A stretch of DNA of 64,000 bases from Rapidithrix thailandica (GCF_039710355.1 NZ_JBDKWZ010000026.1:1-64000), one strand, 5' to 3'. Numbered from the stretch's first letter, positions 28,663 through 39,229 are shown. The notes: generated by a model from the letters alone, not told the origin. Numbers and translations are program-made.

Positions 28663-30036
28663 TTATTCTTTAATCTTCACAAAAGGACTTTCTCCCTTTT
28701 TCAGTAGTTCCACAAACTTAACATGGTCAAACTCATCCTCCTCGTTCCACACGGCCGGAGCTAAGAGTAGTTGCGGGTTTTCTAATCCAAAGCGCTCTCT
28801 TGGGTTTACGTAAGGGTAAAAGAAAACATTCTCCCGGCTGTTGCAAAAGCTGTCAATGACAATGGTTTCCTCAGAGGCCACGATGTTGATATCATGGTCA
28901 TTATTAAATACGAAAGGCACCTGTGTTTCTCCGTAAATTCCGATATGTCCGTCATTGTATTCACCGGCAAGGCCGTATTTGATGTCTCCTTTTCCCAGGA
29001 CATCGATATATCCATCAGCCGAGAAAATATAGTCGCAACGGAGGTTACCCGTGATAAATAAAAAATTTAACCCGTCATCTATCAAATTACCCTCAATCGT
29101 TACATTGCCATCTATCAGTACCATATAGCTGTCCTTGTCAAGGTCTTTTATCTGTGTCTTCAGCCATTGGCTATCCAGGTCCCCGTTGACCGTCACATCT
29201 CCCATGAGTACGACTACAGAACAATCCTTTCGTTGATAGGGAAATTCAACAATACCGTATTTACCAATGGCTTCCTGGTATGACATCACTTGTTTGGAAA
29301 TTTCCTTGGAAGGTGTTTCCGGTAGAGTGGCCGGCTCAGCCTGTTGTCGGATCTGCTCGATCATCCCCTCCATCTTCCTCAAAAAAGCTTTCTCTTCCTC
29401 CTTTAAGTTTGCCAATAGCCCTTCATTTTTCGCGCGTAACCATTGGAGATAATCCGGGTCGGATTTGAATTCTTGAAAGTCACCGAAATCCCGGTCTTTG
29501 ATAAGCGTGACCCTGATCACTTCATAGGCTGTTTCTTTTCTGTCCAGGGCCAGTAATATCCGCACTTTGGTGTCAATCACATAGAAATATTCCGGACTTT
29601 CCACATAAGAACAAGCCATTTCCGCAAAGCCCAAGGCTGTTTCCAAGTTTTCAGGCGTTTTGGCTTTTTGGAGTTGATTCCAGGCCAGGGTATTGCCGGC
29701 CACCCTGATGACTTCTTCTTCAAACTGCCCCATTTCGGTAAAATGCCAGACAGTGCGTAAATGGCCGTTAGGCGCTAAAATATCCATGCATTTCCGCGCA
29801 GCAGCCTCCCCCTGTTGATGAAAATCCTGACGCTGTTTCTTTTTATACCCGGTATTGTATTCCAAATGCGTGCACATATGCATGATCGAATAGTGCGAAA
29901 ACAGCAGGTTGTAGTCATCGTCTTCCGTTTTACAAAGGTCGATGGCCTGGTAGTAATAAGTTAAAACCTCTTTGGGATTGTATTCTCCCTTTTGTTGAAG
30001 TTTTTGAGCTTTTTTTATCAACTTGTTTGCGGTCAT
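28663..30036 (-). CDS. hypothetical protein with C-terminal beta-helix-like repeat domain (paralog of 30155..30913)
   Basis: 457 aa. C-terminal ~200 aa contain short V/I-x-G-N/D repeats (VVLMGDVTVNGDLD, MVLIDGNVTIEGNLIDDG, FITGNLRCDYI, IGIYGETQV) shared with the downstream gene. Confidence 0.5.
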   Translation of the reverse strand: MTANKLIKKAQKLQQKGEYNPKEVLTYYYQAIDLCKTEDDDYNLLFSHYSIMHMCTHLEYNTGYKKKQRQDFHQQGEAAARKCMDILAPNGHLRTVWHFTEMGQFEEEVIRVAGNTLAWNQLQKAKTPENLETALGFAEMACSYVESPEYFYVIDTKVRILLALDRKETAYEVIRVTLIKDRDFGDFQEFKSDPDYLQWLRAKNEGLLANLKEEEKAFLRKMEGMIEQIRQQAEPATLPETPSKEISKQVMSYQEAIGKYGIVEFPYQRKDCSVVVLMGDVTVNGDLDSQWLKTQIKDLDKDSYMVLIDGNVTIEGNLIDDGLNFLFITGNLRCDYIFSADGYIDVLGKGDIKYGLAGEYNDGHIGIYGETQVPFVFNNDHDINIVASEETIVIDSFCNSRENVFFYPYVNPRERFGLENPQLLLAPAVWNEEDEFDHVKFVELLKKGESPFVKIKE

Positions 30037-30154
30037 GATACTAAAGGTGATTTTGACAGATATTTATACACACGCCTCAACGATCCGGTACAAACGAATC
30101 TGCGATAGATCCGGCCGGGTGAGAGAATCAGTGTTTGCTGTGAAGAAGTATTTT

Positions 30155-30913
30155 TTATTTCAACACGGGTTTTCCACTCCTCACATATTTTAAAAAGTTG
30201 CGCCACTCCATAAACTCCCATATGGCGTCCGTTTCCGCTTCCTCTAAGATTTCCAAATACTCCGGATCCAATAAGGCAAGTACATCAGGGTGTAATATAT
30301 CGATCAGTTCCGCGAGTGGTTTATCATTCAAATTGAACAGCTTCTTTTGGGCATTGTCATTTAACCGGTACGTGTTTCCCAAAGCGTAGTCAAAATGAAT
30401 AGGGCCTTCTATTTGAAAAAAATACTCCTCCGGACAGAAGAATCTGGCCTTGGCACTTCCGTAAACCCCGGTCATTCCATGATTATAGTCACCCAACAGG
30501 CATTGTCCAACCTCCAGGTTCCCGTTGACATGTAAAGTCCCGCTGGTCACCATATTGGTAGCGCGGACATTACCCGTTACAAAAACAAAGGTTTCCGGGT
30601 CATCATAAATGGACAAACAACCATCCACAATTAAGTTTCCGTCCACGATCAGATTACAAATATTGCATTCAAACAAATTCAGATCCTCTGTGAGGGTGAG
30701 GTCCCCTTGGTGATAGACTGTGTCCAAATGATCACTGTCCAACTCACTCAGGTAGGTCTTTACGGCTGAGTGGCTGTTTTTATGGGCCAGGGAAAGCACC
30801 TGTTGGAGCAAGGCTTTGCTGTCGAGTTCGCCTTTCAATACACTTTTTCCGTTTTTGTAGATGGTTTCTTTGATTTCCATGGTATTGGATTTAATATAAG
30901 TATAGATTTTCAA
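30155..30913 (-). CDS. hypothetical protein, beta-helix-like repeat domain (paralog of 28663..30036)
   Basis: 252 aa. LIVDGNLIVDGCLSIYDD, FVTGNVRATNMV, LHVNGNLEVGQCLLGDYNHGMTGVYG parallel the upstream paralog. Confidence 0.5.
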   Translation of the reverse strand: MKIYTYIKSNTMEIKETIYKNGKSVLKGELDSKALLQQVLSLAHKNSHSAVKTYLSELDSDHLDTVYHQGDLTLTEDLNLFECNICNLIVDGNLIVDGCLSIYDDPETFVFVTGNVRATNMVTSGTLHVNGNLEVGQCLLGDYNHGMTGVYGSAKARFFCPEEYFFQIEGPIHFDYALGNTYRLNDNAQKKLFNLNDKPLAELIDILHPDVLALLDPEYLEILEEAETDAIWEFMEWRNFLKYVRSGKPVLK

Positions 30914-31240
30914 GTTTATTGATGCAAGTCACGATCTCATCACAACAATGTCAATTCAGCAAAACCGGGAATAAACGATGATGTCATTTGAGATGGAGTC
31001 ATTGGAACAGTAAAGATCAATTTCCATTACATATTTCCACTATATAAATATAGCGACCCGGGCTATCTATACAAGCATTTCTCCCAAGAATTTATTCTCC
31101 AACGAGGCAGAGTAGGTGAATTTGTCATTCAAGGCATATTGCAAAAACTTAGCGCCAATATTTAATGCGTGAAAAAGGGAGGAAAAAGCCTTAAAAGTTA
31201 TTCCGTTCGTTTCATCATTCCTTCTCCCAATTGTTGCGTC

Positions 31241-31846
31241 TCACCTTACACAGCCTAAGCGGAAAAATAGCTCTTCGGAAATGGGATATTCTTTTTCTTC
31301 CGGCACACCGGGAAAGTTGGTGGCCCCTCCCTTTTTGATCCGGCTGATTTCATGTGCTAATGAGGAAACATCTTCCACTCCTATGATATAATCGCTTACA
31401 TACTTTTTGATTACCTCTCCTCTGATGCCAATTTGTATAGCTTGACGCTCCAGCCTTCTCCCTATTAAATCCCGCTCCGGGTCCCACTGGTGAATCACAT
31501 CCGAGGAGTTGAGACGGTTTCTCCATACATCTTCACTTGCAAACACATTCTGATTCCAGTGAGACTCAATGGACTGGCTTATAATTTCGTGAAAGGCTTG
31601 ATGAGAGAGTTTGATTTTGGCAATTCCCTGCATGCGGTTTTTCGTTCCGTATTTGGTCCTTCTCAATACCCATCCAAACGAAGGTTTAATCCAACTGATT
31701 CTATCCAACCCAAAGCCTTTGCCAAAAGTCCCTAACGCTACAGCTGTCTGTACTGTCTGGGGTTTGAACGCCTGATAAACATACACTCCTTCTTCGTCAT
31801 AATCCGCATATATTAGTTTGCTTACACTTTCGCCAGTTGATTCCAT
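31241..31846 (-). CDS. DUF4291-like hypothetical protein
   Basis: 201 aa. WIKPSFGW and HQWDPERD segments. Assignment to DUF4291 is from memory and not verified. Confidence 0.4.
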   Translation of the reverse strand: MESTGESVSKLIYADYDEEGVYVYQAFKPQTVQTAVALGTFGKGFGLDRISWIKPSFGWVLRRTKYGTKNRMQGIAKIKLSHQAFHEIISQSIESHWNQNVFASEDVWRNRLNSSDVIHQWDPERDLIGRRLERQAIQIGIRGEVIKKYVSDYIIGVEDVSSLAHEISRIKKGGATNFPGVPEEKEYPISEELFFRLGCVR

Positions 31847-32247
31847 AGAGTTGTTTTTGATAATTTTTAATACAAATAAGACTTGTAAAAATAAACTTTT
31901 ACCTAAAGATTGGAAATAAGATTGTTATTTGAAGGACTTCATATATCTCATTTTCTTCCCCATAAGCCATTGCGCTTTTCTTACCATACCGAATCGATAA
32001 AAGCCCGTCCCTGAACCACATAAAAAATAATTTAACTTGGAATATTACTATTTTTCTAAGCATTTTATAGTATTTTTAAACGAATCATCAAAAGATGCTT
32101 TGGCAAACCATGGAACGGGCCTGCTAATTAACGGGAAATAGCTTATAAATGGTTTTATACTCACTGATGCGTATTTTTTTGTGCAATGTCATCAGATGAG
32201 AAGGCACAAACATGGTATTTTTTTAAAAAAAATTTGAGAGTGGTAAA

Positions 32248-35151
32248 ATGAGGTTCTTCAATCAAGGGGTAGAATTAACGGAATACACGGATTCAATACC
32301 ATTACTGAAGTTTCATAAGAGACAGATGGTTTATGTTTTCCTGTTGTGCTTTGGTATGGGCATTTCTTTACAGGCCGCCGCTCAAGGTATCTCGCAACAA
32401 GACAGTATATTGTTGGATTCGCTTAATGCACAACCCGGCCGGCTTCTTCAAGACAGTACACAAGCAACAATTCTGGAAAGAGCACAGCAAATGCAAGTAC
32501 TGAACAAGTATCAAGAATGTCGTCACTTTTTAAAAAGTATCGAGGACGTAATTGACAAAGCCCCCTCTAAAAACGATTACTTTCAAGCCCGGATCCGGCA
32601 GCAATTAAGTACTACAGAAGCGCACATGGGTAATGCACAGGCCTGTTATCGTTATGGCAAACAAGTACTGTCGGCTTTTGAAAATTTACCGGAACCGGAT
32701 ACGGCTCTTTTAAGAAATAACTACCAAATCCTCGCTTCGGCAAGCAAGCAATTAGGTTACCGGGAAGAGGCCTTGCACTATTGCGACCGCTGGTTACAAA
32801 TGACTGATGAAAAGGAAACCCCACTGCAAAAAGCCCATGTATTGAACATGATGGGACTCATACATTCTCACTTATTTAACCAACGGGCTGCACAGGAATA
32901 CTTCCGGCAATGCTATGATCTCCGTGCGCAACATGCACCCGAATCGCTACCTTCCGTCATAAATGATATAGGCTTGATGTATTTACACTTTCAGCGCTAT
33001 GATTCGGCGATTGTATGGCTGAAAAAGGGTCTTGAGTTTCGCCATTCTAACCTGGATGAGCAGATTTTAATCCACGCCACATTATCGACACATATGTCAG
33101 ATGCCTATTTCCAACTGGGGAAAAAAGATTCTGCGTTACAGTATTCGGAAAATGCATTAGTCATACGGGCACAATACCAATCTCTTAAAGTAGATACGAT
33201 GCAAATGGCGGTGTTGGATCATATCGATATACTGATGAACTCCGAAAACAGACAACTGGCTCAAGCCTTTATTGAGGAGGTTACTCCTTTTATTCAATCA
33301 AATAAAAATCCTGCACTTGAAAGCCGCCTGTATGTCTCAAAAGCAAAAATGAGTATGCATTTTCAACAAGTGGACAATGCAATCAGATATTATAACCTTG
33401 CTCTTCACACCCTGGATACTTCCTTTATAAAAGGATCCGCTTTATTTCCCGATTCACTTTATATACCCCTACAACCTGACCTCTCTTTAATCAACACCCT
33501 GGAGAGCAAGGCGGATGCACTGGATCAACAATATACAGGTCAAAAAGACAAAACATTTCTGTTGGCCGCCATTGCCAATATGGAAAAGGCGGTGGAATAT
33601 ATGAACCGGTACATGTACAGGCACCCTGGCAGCATATCCGACCCGGTTGTTTATTACCATCAAAAAAGGCTGGTGGACAAAAGCCTTTCTCTATTGTATC
33701 AACTGTACCGGCTGGACAAAGAACAAGTTTCCTTACAAACCCTCTCCCGGTTGTTGGAAATAGAAAGGATCAATTCCGTTAGGAAAAACCTGATTTACCA
33801 ACAGTTGATTTTACAAAACCCACAAGCTGACAGCCTGCAAAAGGAATGGCAATACCTCAATGAAGCGCTAAGAATACAAGCAAGCCGAAACGCATCCGAT
33901 TCGTCTGTTACTTACGATTCCCTAACCGAAATACTCCACACGACCGATATACAATTTCAACAACAATTCGGTAACTATCACCGGTTGGCAATAGAAGAAA
34001 GTACGACCATTCCGGCACCCTTGCCCGGTTCGCTCTCTGAGAACAAAGCTTTGGTCCAATACTTTTTTGCAGGGGATGTATTGCATTGCATTTTTGCTAC
34101 CGGACCGCAATTTAAATGGTACGCCATCCCATGGGAAAGCGAGCAAAAAAAACTATTACATGAGGTACAGGTAATGCTGAGAAATCCTCAAGTACAGACG
34201 TACGACCGTTTAAGTGATTTGGGACGAGTTCTTCTTCCTTTTTTAAAGAACGTACAACCGGAAGAGTTGGTGATCATGCCCCATGGGCCATTGCATCACT
34301 TGCCTTTTGAAGCGCTGAAAATCCGCGAGGACTATTTAATACAGCACCATAGCATCGCTTATCTGCAAAGCTTGGCCAGAACCGCAGGCCCAGAGAGAAA
34401 GCCACGATATTTTTTGGGTTTTGCTCCCTTCTACTCCTCCGGTACAAAAACTTCCATCGGAAAGGTTGGTGTTGCGTATCACGCTCAACCCGTTTACCTG
34501 ACACTTCACAATAGTCAGGATGAAATCACCCTTACCGGAGGTTTTTTCGAAAGTTCGTACTTCCAAGGCCCACAAGCCACCGAATTCGCTTTCCGGCAAT
34601 CGTTAGCGAAACAGGATATCATCCACTTGGCGACCCATACACTCTTAGACGATGAAAATCCTTTGTTTAGCCGGATTCTTTTGGCAAAGGATTCCCTGCA
34701 CGATGGCAAGCTCTATATTCACGAATTGTTTACCTTGCCTTTACAAGCCCAGTTGGTCGTATTGAGTGCCTGTAACCAAATCAACCAAGACAAAGGGGAA
34801 GGACTCACTAGCCTGGCTACAGGCTTTTATATGGCAGGCGTCAACAAGCTAATGCTTACGCATTGGCCAGTACCCGAAGGAGAAAACACAGCGGTATTGG
34901 AAGACTTTTATAAACATTGGCGAAAGCAAGGAGAGGCAATGCCCCAGGCCTTACAAAGTGCCAAAAGGGAATACCTGACAACGAACGATGAGGCAAGCCA
35001 ACACCCTTATTATTGGGCGGGACTTGTATTACATCAAAACCAATATCTCTCAGACAAGGGGTTTGGCATCCCTTGGAAAACCCTATTCTCAATCATGGCA
35101 GTGCTTACAGGTCTCGCATTTTTGTTTATTTTTTACAAAAGACGTTCATAA
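32248..35151 (+). CDS. TPR-repeat + CHAT (caspase-like) protease domain protein with C-terminal transmembrane anchor
   Basis: 967 aa. The likely true start is the internal Met at 32326, giving a signal peptide (MVYVFLLCFGMGISLQAAAQG). TPR-like helical repeats in the N-terminal 600 aa. CHAT His/Cys dyad context (IIHLATHTLLDDENP ... LVVLSACNQINQDKGEG...TGFYMAGV). Terminal TM helix (LFSIMAVLTGLAFLFIFYKRRS). Confidence 0.75.
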   Translation: MRFFNQGVELTEYTDSIPLLKFHKRQMVYVFLLCFGMGISLQAAAQGISQQDSILLDSLNAQPGRLLQDSTQATILERAQQMQVLNKYQECRHFLKSIEDVIDKAPSKNDYFQARIRQQLSTTEAHMGNAQACYRYGKQVLSAFENLPEPDTALLRNNYQILASASKQLGYREEALHYCDRWLQMTDEKETPLQKAHVLNMMGLIHSHLFNQRAAQEYFRQCYDLRAQHAPESLPSVINDIGLMYLHFQRYDSAIVWLKKGLEFRHSNLDEQILIHATLSTHMSDAYFQLGKKDSALQYSENALVIRAQYQSLKVDTMQMAVLDHIDILMNSENRQLAQAFIEEVTPFIQSNKNPALESRLYVSKAKMSMHFQQVDNAIRYYNLALHTLDTSFIKGSALFPDSLYIPLQPDLSLINTLESKADALDQQYTGQKDKTFLLAAIANMEKAVEYMNRYMYRHPGSISDPVVYYHQKRLVDKSLSLLYQLYRLDKEQVSLQTLSRLLEIERINSVRKNLIYQQLILQNPQADSLQKEWQYLNEALRIQASRNASDSSVTYDSLTEILHTTDIQFQQQFGNYHRLAIEESTTIPAPLPGSLSENKALVQYFFAGDVLHCIFATGPQFKWYAIPWESEQKKLLHEVQVMLRNPQVQTYDRLSDLGRVLLPFLKNVQPEELVIMPHGPLHHLPFEALKIREDYLIQHHSIAYLQSLARTAGPERKPRYFLGFAPFYSSGTKTSIGKVGVAYHAQPVYLTLHNSQDEITLTGGFFESSYFQGPQATEFAFRQSLAKQDIIHLATHTLLDDENPLFSRILLAKDSLHDGKLYIHELFTLPLQAQLVVLSACNQINQDKGEGLTSLATGFYMAGVNKLMLTHWPVPEGENTAVLEDFYKHWRKQGEAMPQALQSAKREYLTTNDEASQHPYYWAGLVLHQNQYLSDKGFGIPWKTLFSIMAVLTGLAFLFIFYKRRS

Positions 35152-35361
35152 GGATTTGTACAAATGTGAAGACATAAGGAATGCTCCTTTGGATTTTGCT
35201 TCGATGGTCTCCTCTCCCTTTTGACCGACATACACTAAAGCTATATATCAAGTACTCCTATCATTTTTGGAGCTTTGCTCACTGAAAATCAACTCCTTCC
35301 ATTGACCATAGGCAATTCTCTACAGAGCATAAGTTGAACATCCTTGTATCTATCCCAATAC

Positions 35362-36336
35362 CTAAAAACCCAGCTTGATCTGTTTATTTTCACCTTGTAC
35401 CATACTCTTCACCCTATGAGATTTTACTTTTTCAATAAAGCGCAATATATCCTCTTTGTTGCCTAATGGAATGGCCTTTTTTTGCTCAATCAGGTATTGG
35501 TTTCCCATGGACTTCTCATTCAATTTATCCACGGGATGTTGCAGTACGGAAGTGAGTCTTCCCTGCTCTGTCGCAAACCGGAACGTATGCATAGTACCTC
35601 CTTTCACAGCTGTTTCCACAATACAAATGGCATCACTCAGGCCACTTTGCAGCCGGTCACGTTCTACAAAATAATTATGCCGGGGAAGCGTCCCCATGGC
35701 GTATTCGGAGAGAATGGTTCCGTCATGGTCCAATATTTTCTCTACCAAATAGCCATTTTGCTTAGGATAAATTTGATCCACTCCCCCAGCCAACACCGCT
35801 ACAGTTATTCCCTTGTTTTTAAGACAAGCATTGTGTGCTACCGTATCACATCCGATGGCCAGGCCACTTACAATGGTACATCCTGCCTCCACAAAATATT
35901 TCGTCAACTTGTCTCCTGCTTTGATGCCAAAGTTGCTGGGTCCTCTTGTTCCGATCACAGCCAAGGCATGTTCACTGTTCAGCGCCTTCAAGTTTCCCTT
36001 TACAAACAATACCAGTGGCTTGTCTTGAATTGTATGATACCTTTGAGGATAGGCATCATCCGTTTCAGAGATAATTTTCACATGCTTCTTTTCAGCCATT
36101 TCCATAATTTCCCGGGCTTGTCCATGCGCTTTTTCCAAGACATTTTTTTCAGGAAGCGGAATTCGCCTGTTTGCCTGGTGTGCCTCAAGCAAAGTCTCCC
36201 ACAGGTCTTCCGTACTTTTTATTTCCGGCTTGGAAAACCCGATGATCGCCCTTGCCGTTTGTCTGCCTATTTTGGGAAGTTGTAATAAGGTTAGTTTCAA
36301 TAAAGTATCCATAATTCGTTGCACAAGCCTTTTCAC
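35362..36336 (-). CDS. dprA: DNA-processing protein DprA (Smf)
   Basis: 324 aa. Rossmann-like DprA core (LAVIGTRGPSNFGIKAGDKL...GCTIVSGLAIGCDTVAHNACLKNKGITVAVLAGGVDQIYPKQN). Confidence 0.9.
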   Translation of the reverse strand: MKRLVQRIMDTLLKLTLLQLPKIGRQTARAIIGFSKPEIKSTEDLWETLLEAHQANRRIPLPEKNVLEKAHGQAREIMEMAEKKHVKIISETDDAYPQRYHTIQDKPLVLFVKGNLKALNSEHALAVIGTRGPSNFGIKAGDKLTKYFVEAGCTIVSGLAIGCDTVAHNACLKNKGITVAVLAGGVDQIYPKQNGYLVEKILDHDGTILSEYAMGTLPRHNYFVERDRLQSGLSDAICIVETAVKGGTMHTFRFATEQGRLTSVLQHPVDKLNEKSMGNQYLIEQKKAIPLGNKEDILRFIEKVKSHRVKSMVQGENKQIKLGF

Positions 36337-36464
36337 CCGGTGGATAAGACAGGCCTTGTCTATGCGTTTAGCTTATTTATAATTCAAAAAATCATCTCAA
36401 ACACTAAAAAATACAAGCCATCGCCTTTCAACACTTAGCAAGCTTCTATTCAGTATTTCATCAC

Positions 36465-37355
36465 CTATTCCATCTTATATAAAATAGGGTTAAATGCCTT
36501 GGAAGCCACCATTACCTTGTCTCCCACGGCCAAGCCCTTTACTTCCTCTTCCTGGGCAATAACTTTGACCACGTTGTTTTGAATCAGTACAGTGACGATA
36601 AATACCACTTCCTGTTGCTCGATTTTCAGTACTTCCCCGGTAAATTTAAACTTACCGCTAATTCTCCGGTTAATGAAAATTTCGTCCGGGGTCCCTTGCC
36701 GGGTGATGGTTCCGTTTTCAATCATAAACACCCGGTCTGACAGTTTGATAATTTCTCCCGTATCATGACTGATCAAAAGGGTCGTCAACTGAAATTCACG
36801 GTGTACAGTCAACAGATAATCCTGTAATTTCAAGCGGATTTTCATATCCAATGCGGCAAGAGGTTCGTCCAGTAGCAAAATCCCGGGCCGTTGAACCAAG
36901 GCTCTCGCCAAAGCGACCCGTTGCTTTTGCCCTCCTGACAAGGTCTCCGGTTTGCGGTTTTGTAACTCACCCAGTTCGATGATCTCTATCAAATCCGAGA
37001 TGTTCTCCCGGCCAGTCTGGCGATCCGAATGTTTGGTACGCAAAGCAAATTCCAGGTTCTGGCGCACAGTCATGTTAGGAAACAAGGCGTAATCCTGAAA
37101 TACGTAGCCGATCCTGCGCTGTTGTGGGCTGAGATGAATATTTCTTTTGGCATCAAACCAAGTTTCTCCGTTAACGGTGATCGTTCCTTTGTCGGGCTTT
37201 AACAAACCGGAAAGAATTCTCAAGGTAGAAGTTTTGCCCGCACCCGATTCTCCGTACAGGGTAATAAACTGTCCGTTTTCCACCTTCAGGTTCACCCGGA
37301 GGTTCATTTTCCCGTCAGCCGCTTGTAAGACTTTTTCAATATCGAGTGTAATCAT
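36465..37355 (-). CDS. modC: molybdate ABC transporter ATP-binding protein ModC (with C-terminal TOBE domain)
   Basis: Walker A GESGAGKTSTL. Signature LSGGQKQRVALARAL. Walker B ILLLDEPLAALD. C-terminal TOBE-like domain. Start set at internal MITLDI so that its ATG overlaps the modB TGA as ATGA. Confidence 0.8.
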   Translation of the reverse strand: MITLDIEKVLQAADGKMNLRVNLKVENGQFITLYGESGAGKTSTLRILSGLLKPDKGTITVNGETWFDAKRNIHLSPQQRRIGYVFQDYALFPNMTVRQNLEFALRTKHSDRQTGRENISDLIEIIELGELQNRKPETLSGGQKQRVALARALVQRPGILLLDEPLAALDMKIRLKLQDYLLTVHREFQLTTLLISHDTGEIIKLSDRVFMIENGTITRQGTPDEIFINRRISGKFKFTGEVLKIEQQEVVFIVTVLIQNNVVKVIAQEEEVKGLAVGDKVMVASKAFNPILYKME

Positions 37356-38026
37356 TTCCAAAATCTTCTTAAGTGTCCCCCATTCACCAGGTAAACCGTG
37401 AGAAGAATACAAAATGTAATGATAAAAAGTATGGTGGAATACACATTGGCTGCCTGATAATTCAAGGCTTCTACTTCGTCATAGATGGCGATGGAAGCCA
37501 CCTTTGTCTTTCCCGGAATATTTCCTCCGATCATCAACACTACGCCAAACTCACCCACCGTATGGGCAAAGGCAAGGACAATTCCGGTCAGTAAAGAGGC
37601 TTTGATATTAGGTAACTGTACTTTCCATAAGGTAGTGATTTTTGATTTTCCCATCACATAAGCCGCTTCGGTGAGTGAAGCCGGAAGGCCGGCCAAACCG
37701 GATTGAATAGGATGCACCATAAATGGCAAACTGTACAAAACCGAAGCGATGACAAGCCCTGTAAAAGAAAAGACCAACTTGATGCCCAACCATTCGTTTA
37801 ACCAAGCGCCAAAAGCATTGCCGGGACTAAAAGCCAGCAAAAAGTAAAAACCCAACACTGTGGGGGGAAGTACCAAGGGCATGCTGACCAAGGCTTCGAT
37901 GACGGGCTTGATCCGTGAGCGTGTACTCACCAGCCAAAATGCCAAAGGAATGGACAGCAGCAATAAAATGCCGGTGGTCACCAAAGCCAGTTGAAAGGTT
38001 AAGAATAAAGGTTCCCAATCGATCAT
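37352..38026 (-). CDS. modB: molybdate ABC transporter permease ModB
   Basis: 224 aa, 5-6 TM helices. EAA-like loop (EAAYVMGKSKITTLWKVQLPN) typical of ModB/CysT permeases. Confidence 0.85.
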   Translation of the reverse strand: MIDWEPLFLTFQLALVTTGILLLLSIPLAFWLVSTRSRIKPVIEALVSMPLVLPPTVLGFYFLLAFSPGNAFGAWLNEWLGIKLVFSFTGLVIASVLYSLPFMVHPIQSGLAGLPASLTEAAYVMGKSKITTLWKVQLPNIKASLLTGIVLAFAHTVGEFGVVLMIGGNIPGKTKVASIAIYDEVEALNYQAANVYSTILFIITFCILLTVYLVNGGHLRRFWK

Positions 38027-38424
38027 TCTGAAAGCATAATTTCGTTTAACTTGATCATTGCCACCACTTCCATGCCCTCCTCCAATGCTAATTGTTCCAG
38101 GGCGTTGGTACTGATTATAGCCGTGACCTCTCCTACAACAGTATATAAAACCACCTTGCTGAGAATCGTGCCCCGTTCTATCTTTTTTACCGGCCCGGTG
38201 ATTTTGTTTTGTAGACTGATAGCAGGATGTTCATCTGTTCCGAGGATCACCTCTGTTTCTTTAAACAAAAGCTTGATGGGGTTGCCTGTTTTCAAATAAG
38301 AAGCGGTTTCAGGGGTTTCGATCACAATGACTTCTACCTTTACCTCCGGATGGAGGCGAATAAAAACCAGCGAAAGACATCCACTGACGTTTATTTCTTC
38401 TATATGTCCGTGTAAGCTATTCAT
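38023..38424 (-). CDS. di-TOBE molybdopterin/molybdate-binding protein (Mop-like)
   Basis: 133 aa. Two ~65-aa TOBE-like halves (NSLHGHIEEIN...; NKITGPVKKIERG...). Embedded between modA and modB. Confidence 0.65.
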   Translation of the reverse strand: MNSLHGHIEEINVSGCLSLVFIRLHPEVKVEVIVIETPETASYLKTGNPIKLLFKETEVILGTDEHPAISLQNKITGPVKKIERGTILSKVVLYTVVGEVTAIISTNALEQLALEEGMEVVAMIKLNEIMLSE

Positions 38425-39229
38425 CTACCGAATACCCAAAACTTTCCAGTATTTGCCTGGCTTCTTTCGAAAACAGAAATTCGTAAAACTTTTGTGCCTG
38501 GGCAGTATCCACCGCTTTTTCCCGTTGAATCACCACCACGCCCTGTTCAATGGGGGTGTAAATACCTTCTTCCAAAGCCACCCAATGCCCTTTTCCTTGC
38601 ATGTCCGGAGATAAAACCACAGACATGGCCGTAAAGCCCAGTTCGGCTGATTTGGAGATAATAAACTGGTTGGTTTGCGCAATGCTTTCTCCGTAGACTA
38701 ATTTGCCTTCCAATTTATCCGACAGTTGGTAATGCTTTAAAACTTCGATTGCGGCTACCCCGTAAGGAGCTGTTTTTGGATTGGCCAGGGCAATATGTTC
38801 AATCATTTCACTGGAAAGCGACTCCACCGACGGAGTGATCTCCTTAAACATAGACCATAAGACCAGCTTCCCATACGCATAAATTTTGGTTGGCTCTCTG
38901 GCCAAACCACTCTTGTAGAGTTCATCAGGGTACTTCCGGTTTGCCGAGACAAACACATCATAAGGAGCTCCCTCTTTGATTTGAGCCGTAAGTTTGCCGG
39001 ACGAACTGATCACTACTTCACAGTCAATACCGGTGCTCTTGGTGAATTGCCCGGTCAGTTCTTGCATGGCAAACTGCATATTGGCCGCAGTGGCAATTAC
39101 GATTGGATGTGCTTCACCTGTTTGTTCATTTTGCGAATGCTCTCTATGGCTACAAGCCAACAACCCTGCCGTCCAAGTAGCCAGAATAAAATGTATCAGC
39201 AGAGTCCGTTTTCTTCTTTTGGTATTCAT
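38417..39229 (-). CDS. modA: molybdate ABC transporter substrate-binding lipoprotein ModA
   Basis: 270 aa. Lipoprotein signal (LLACSHRE). ModA-like motifs (IVIATAANMQFAMQEL...; VFVSANRKYPDEL; GVAAIEVLKHYQL). Confidence 0.85.
   Translation of the reverse strand: MNTKRRKRTLLIHFILATWTAGLLACSHREHSQNEQTGEAHPIVIATAANMQFAMQELTGQFTKSTGIDCEVVISSSGKLTAQIKEGAPYDVFVSANRKYPDELYKSGLAREPTKIYAYGKLVLWSMFKEITPSVESLSSEMIEHIALANPKTAPYGVAAIEVLKHYQLSDKLEGKLVYGESIAQTNQFIISKSAELGFTAMSVVLSPDMQGKGHWVALEEGIYTPIEQGVVVIQREKAVDTAQAQKFYEFLFSKEARQILESFGYSVDE

Noticed and set aside
35482-36285. 267-aa plus-strand ORF antisense to dprA
   Set aside because: dprA on the minus strand has a strong family signature. The antisense ORF is Cys/His/Ser-rich with no domain.
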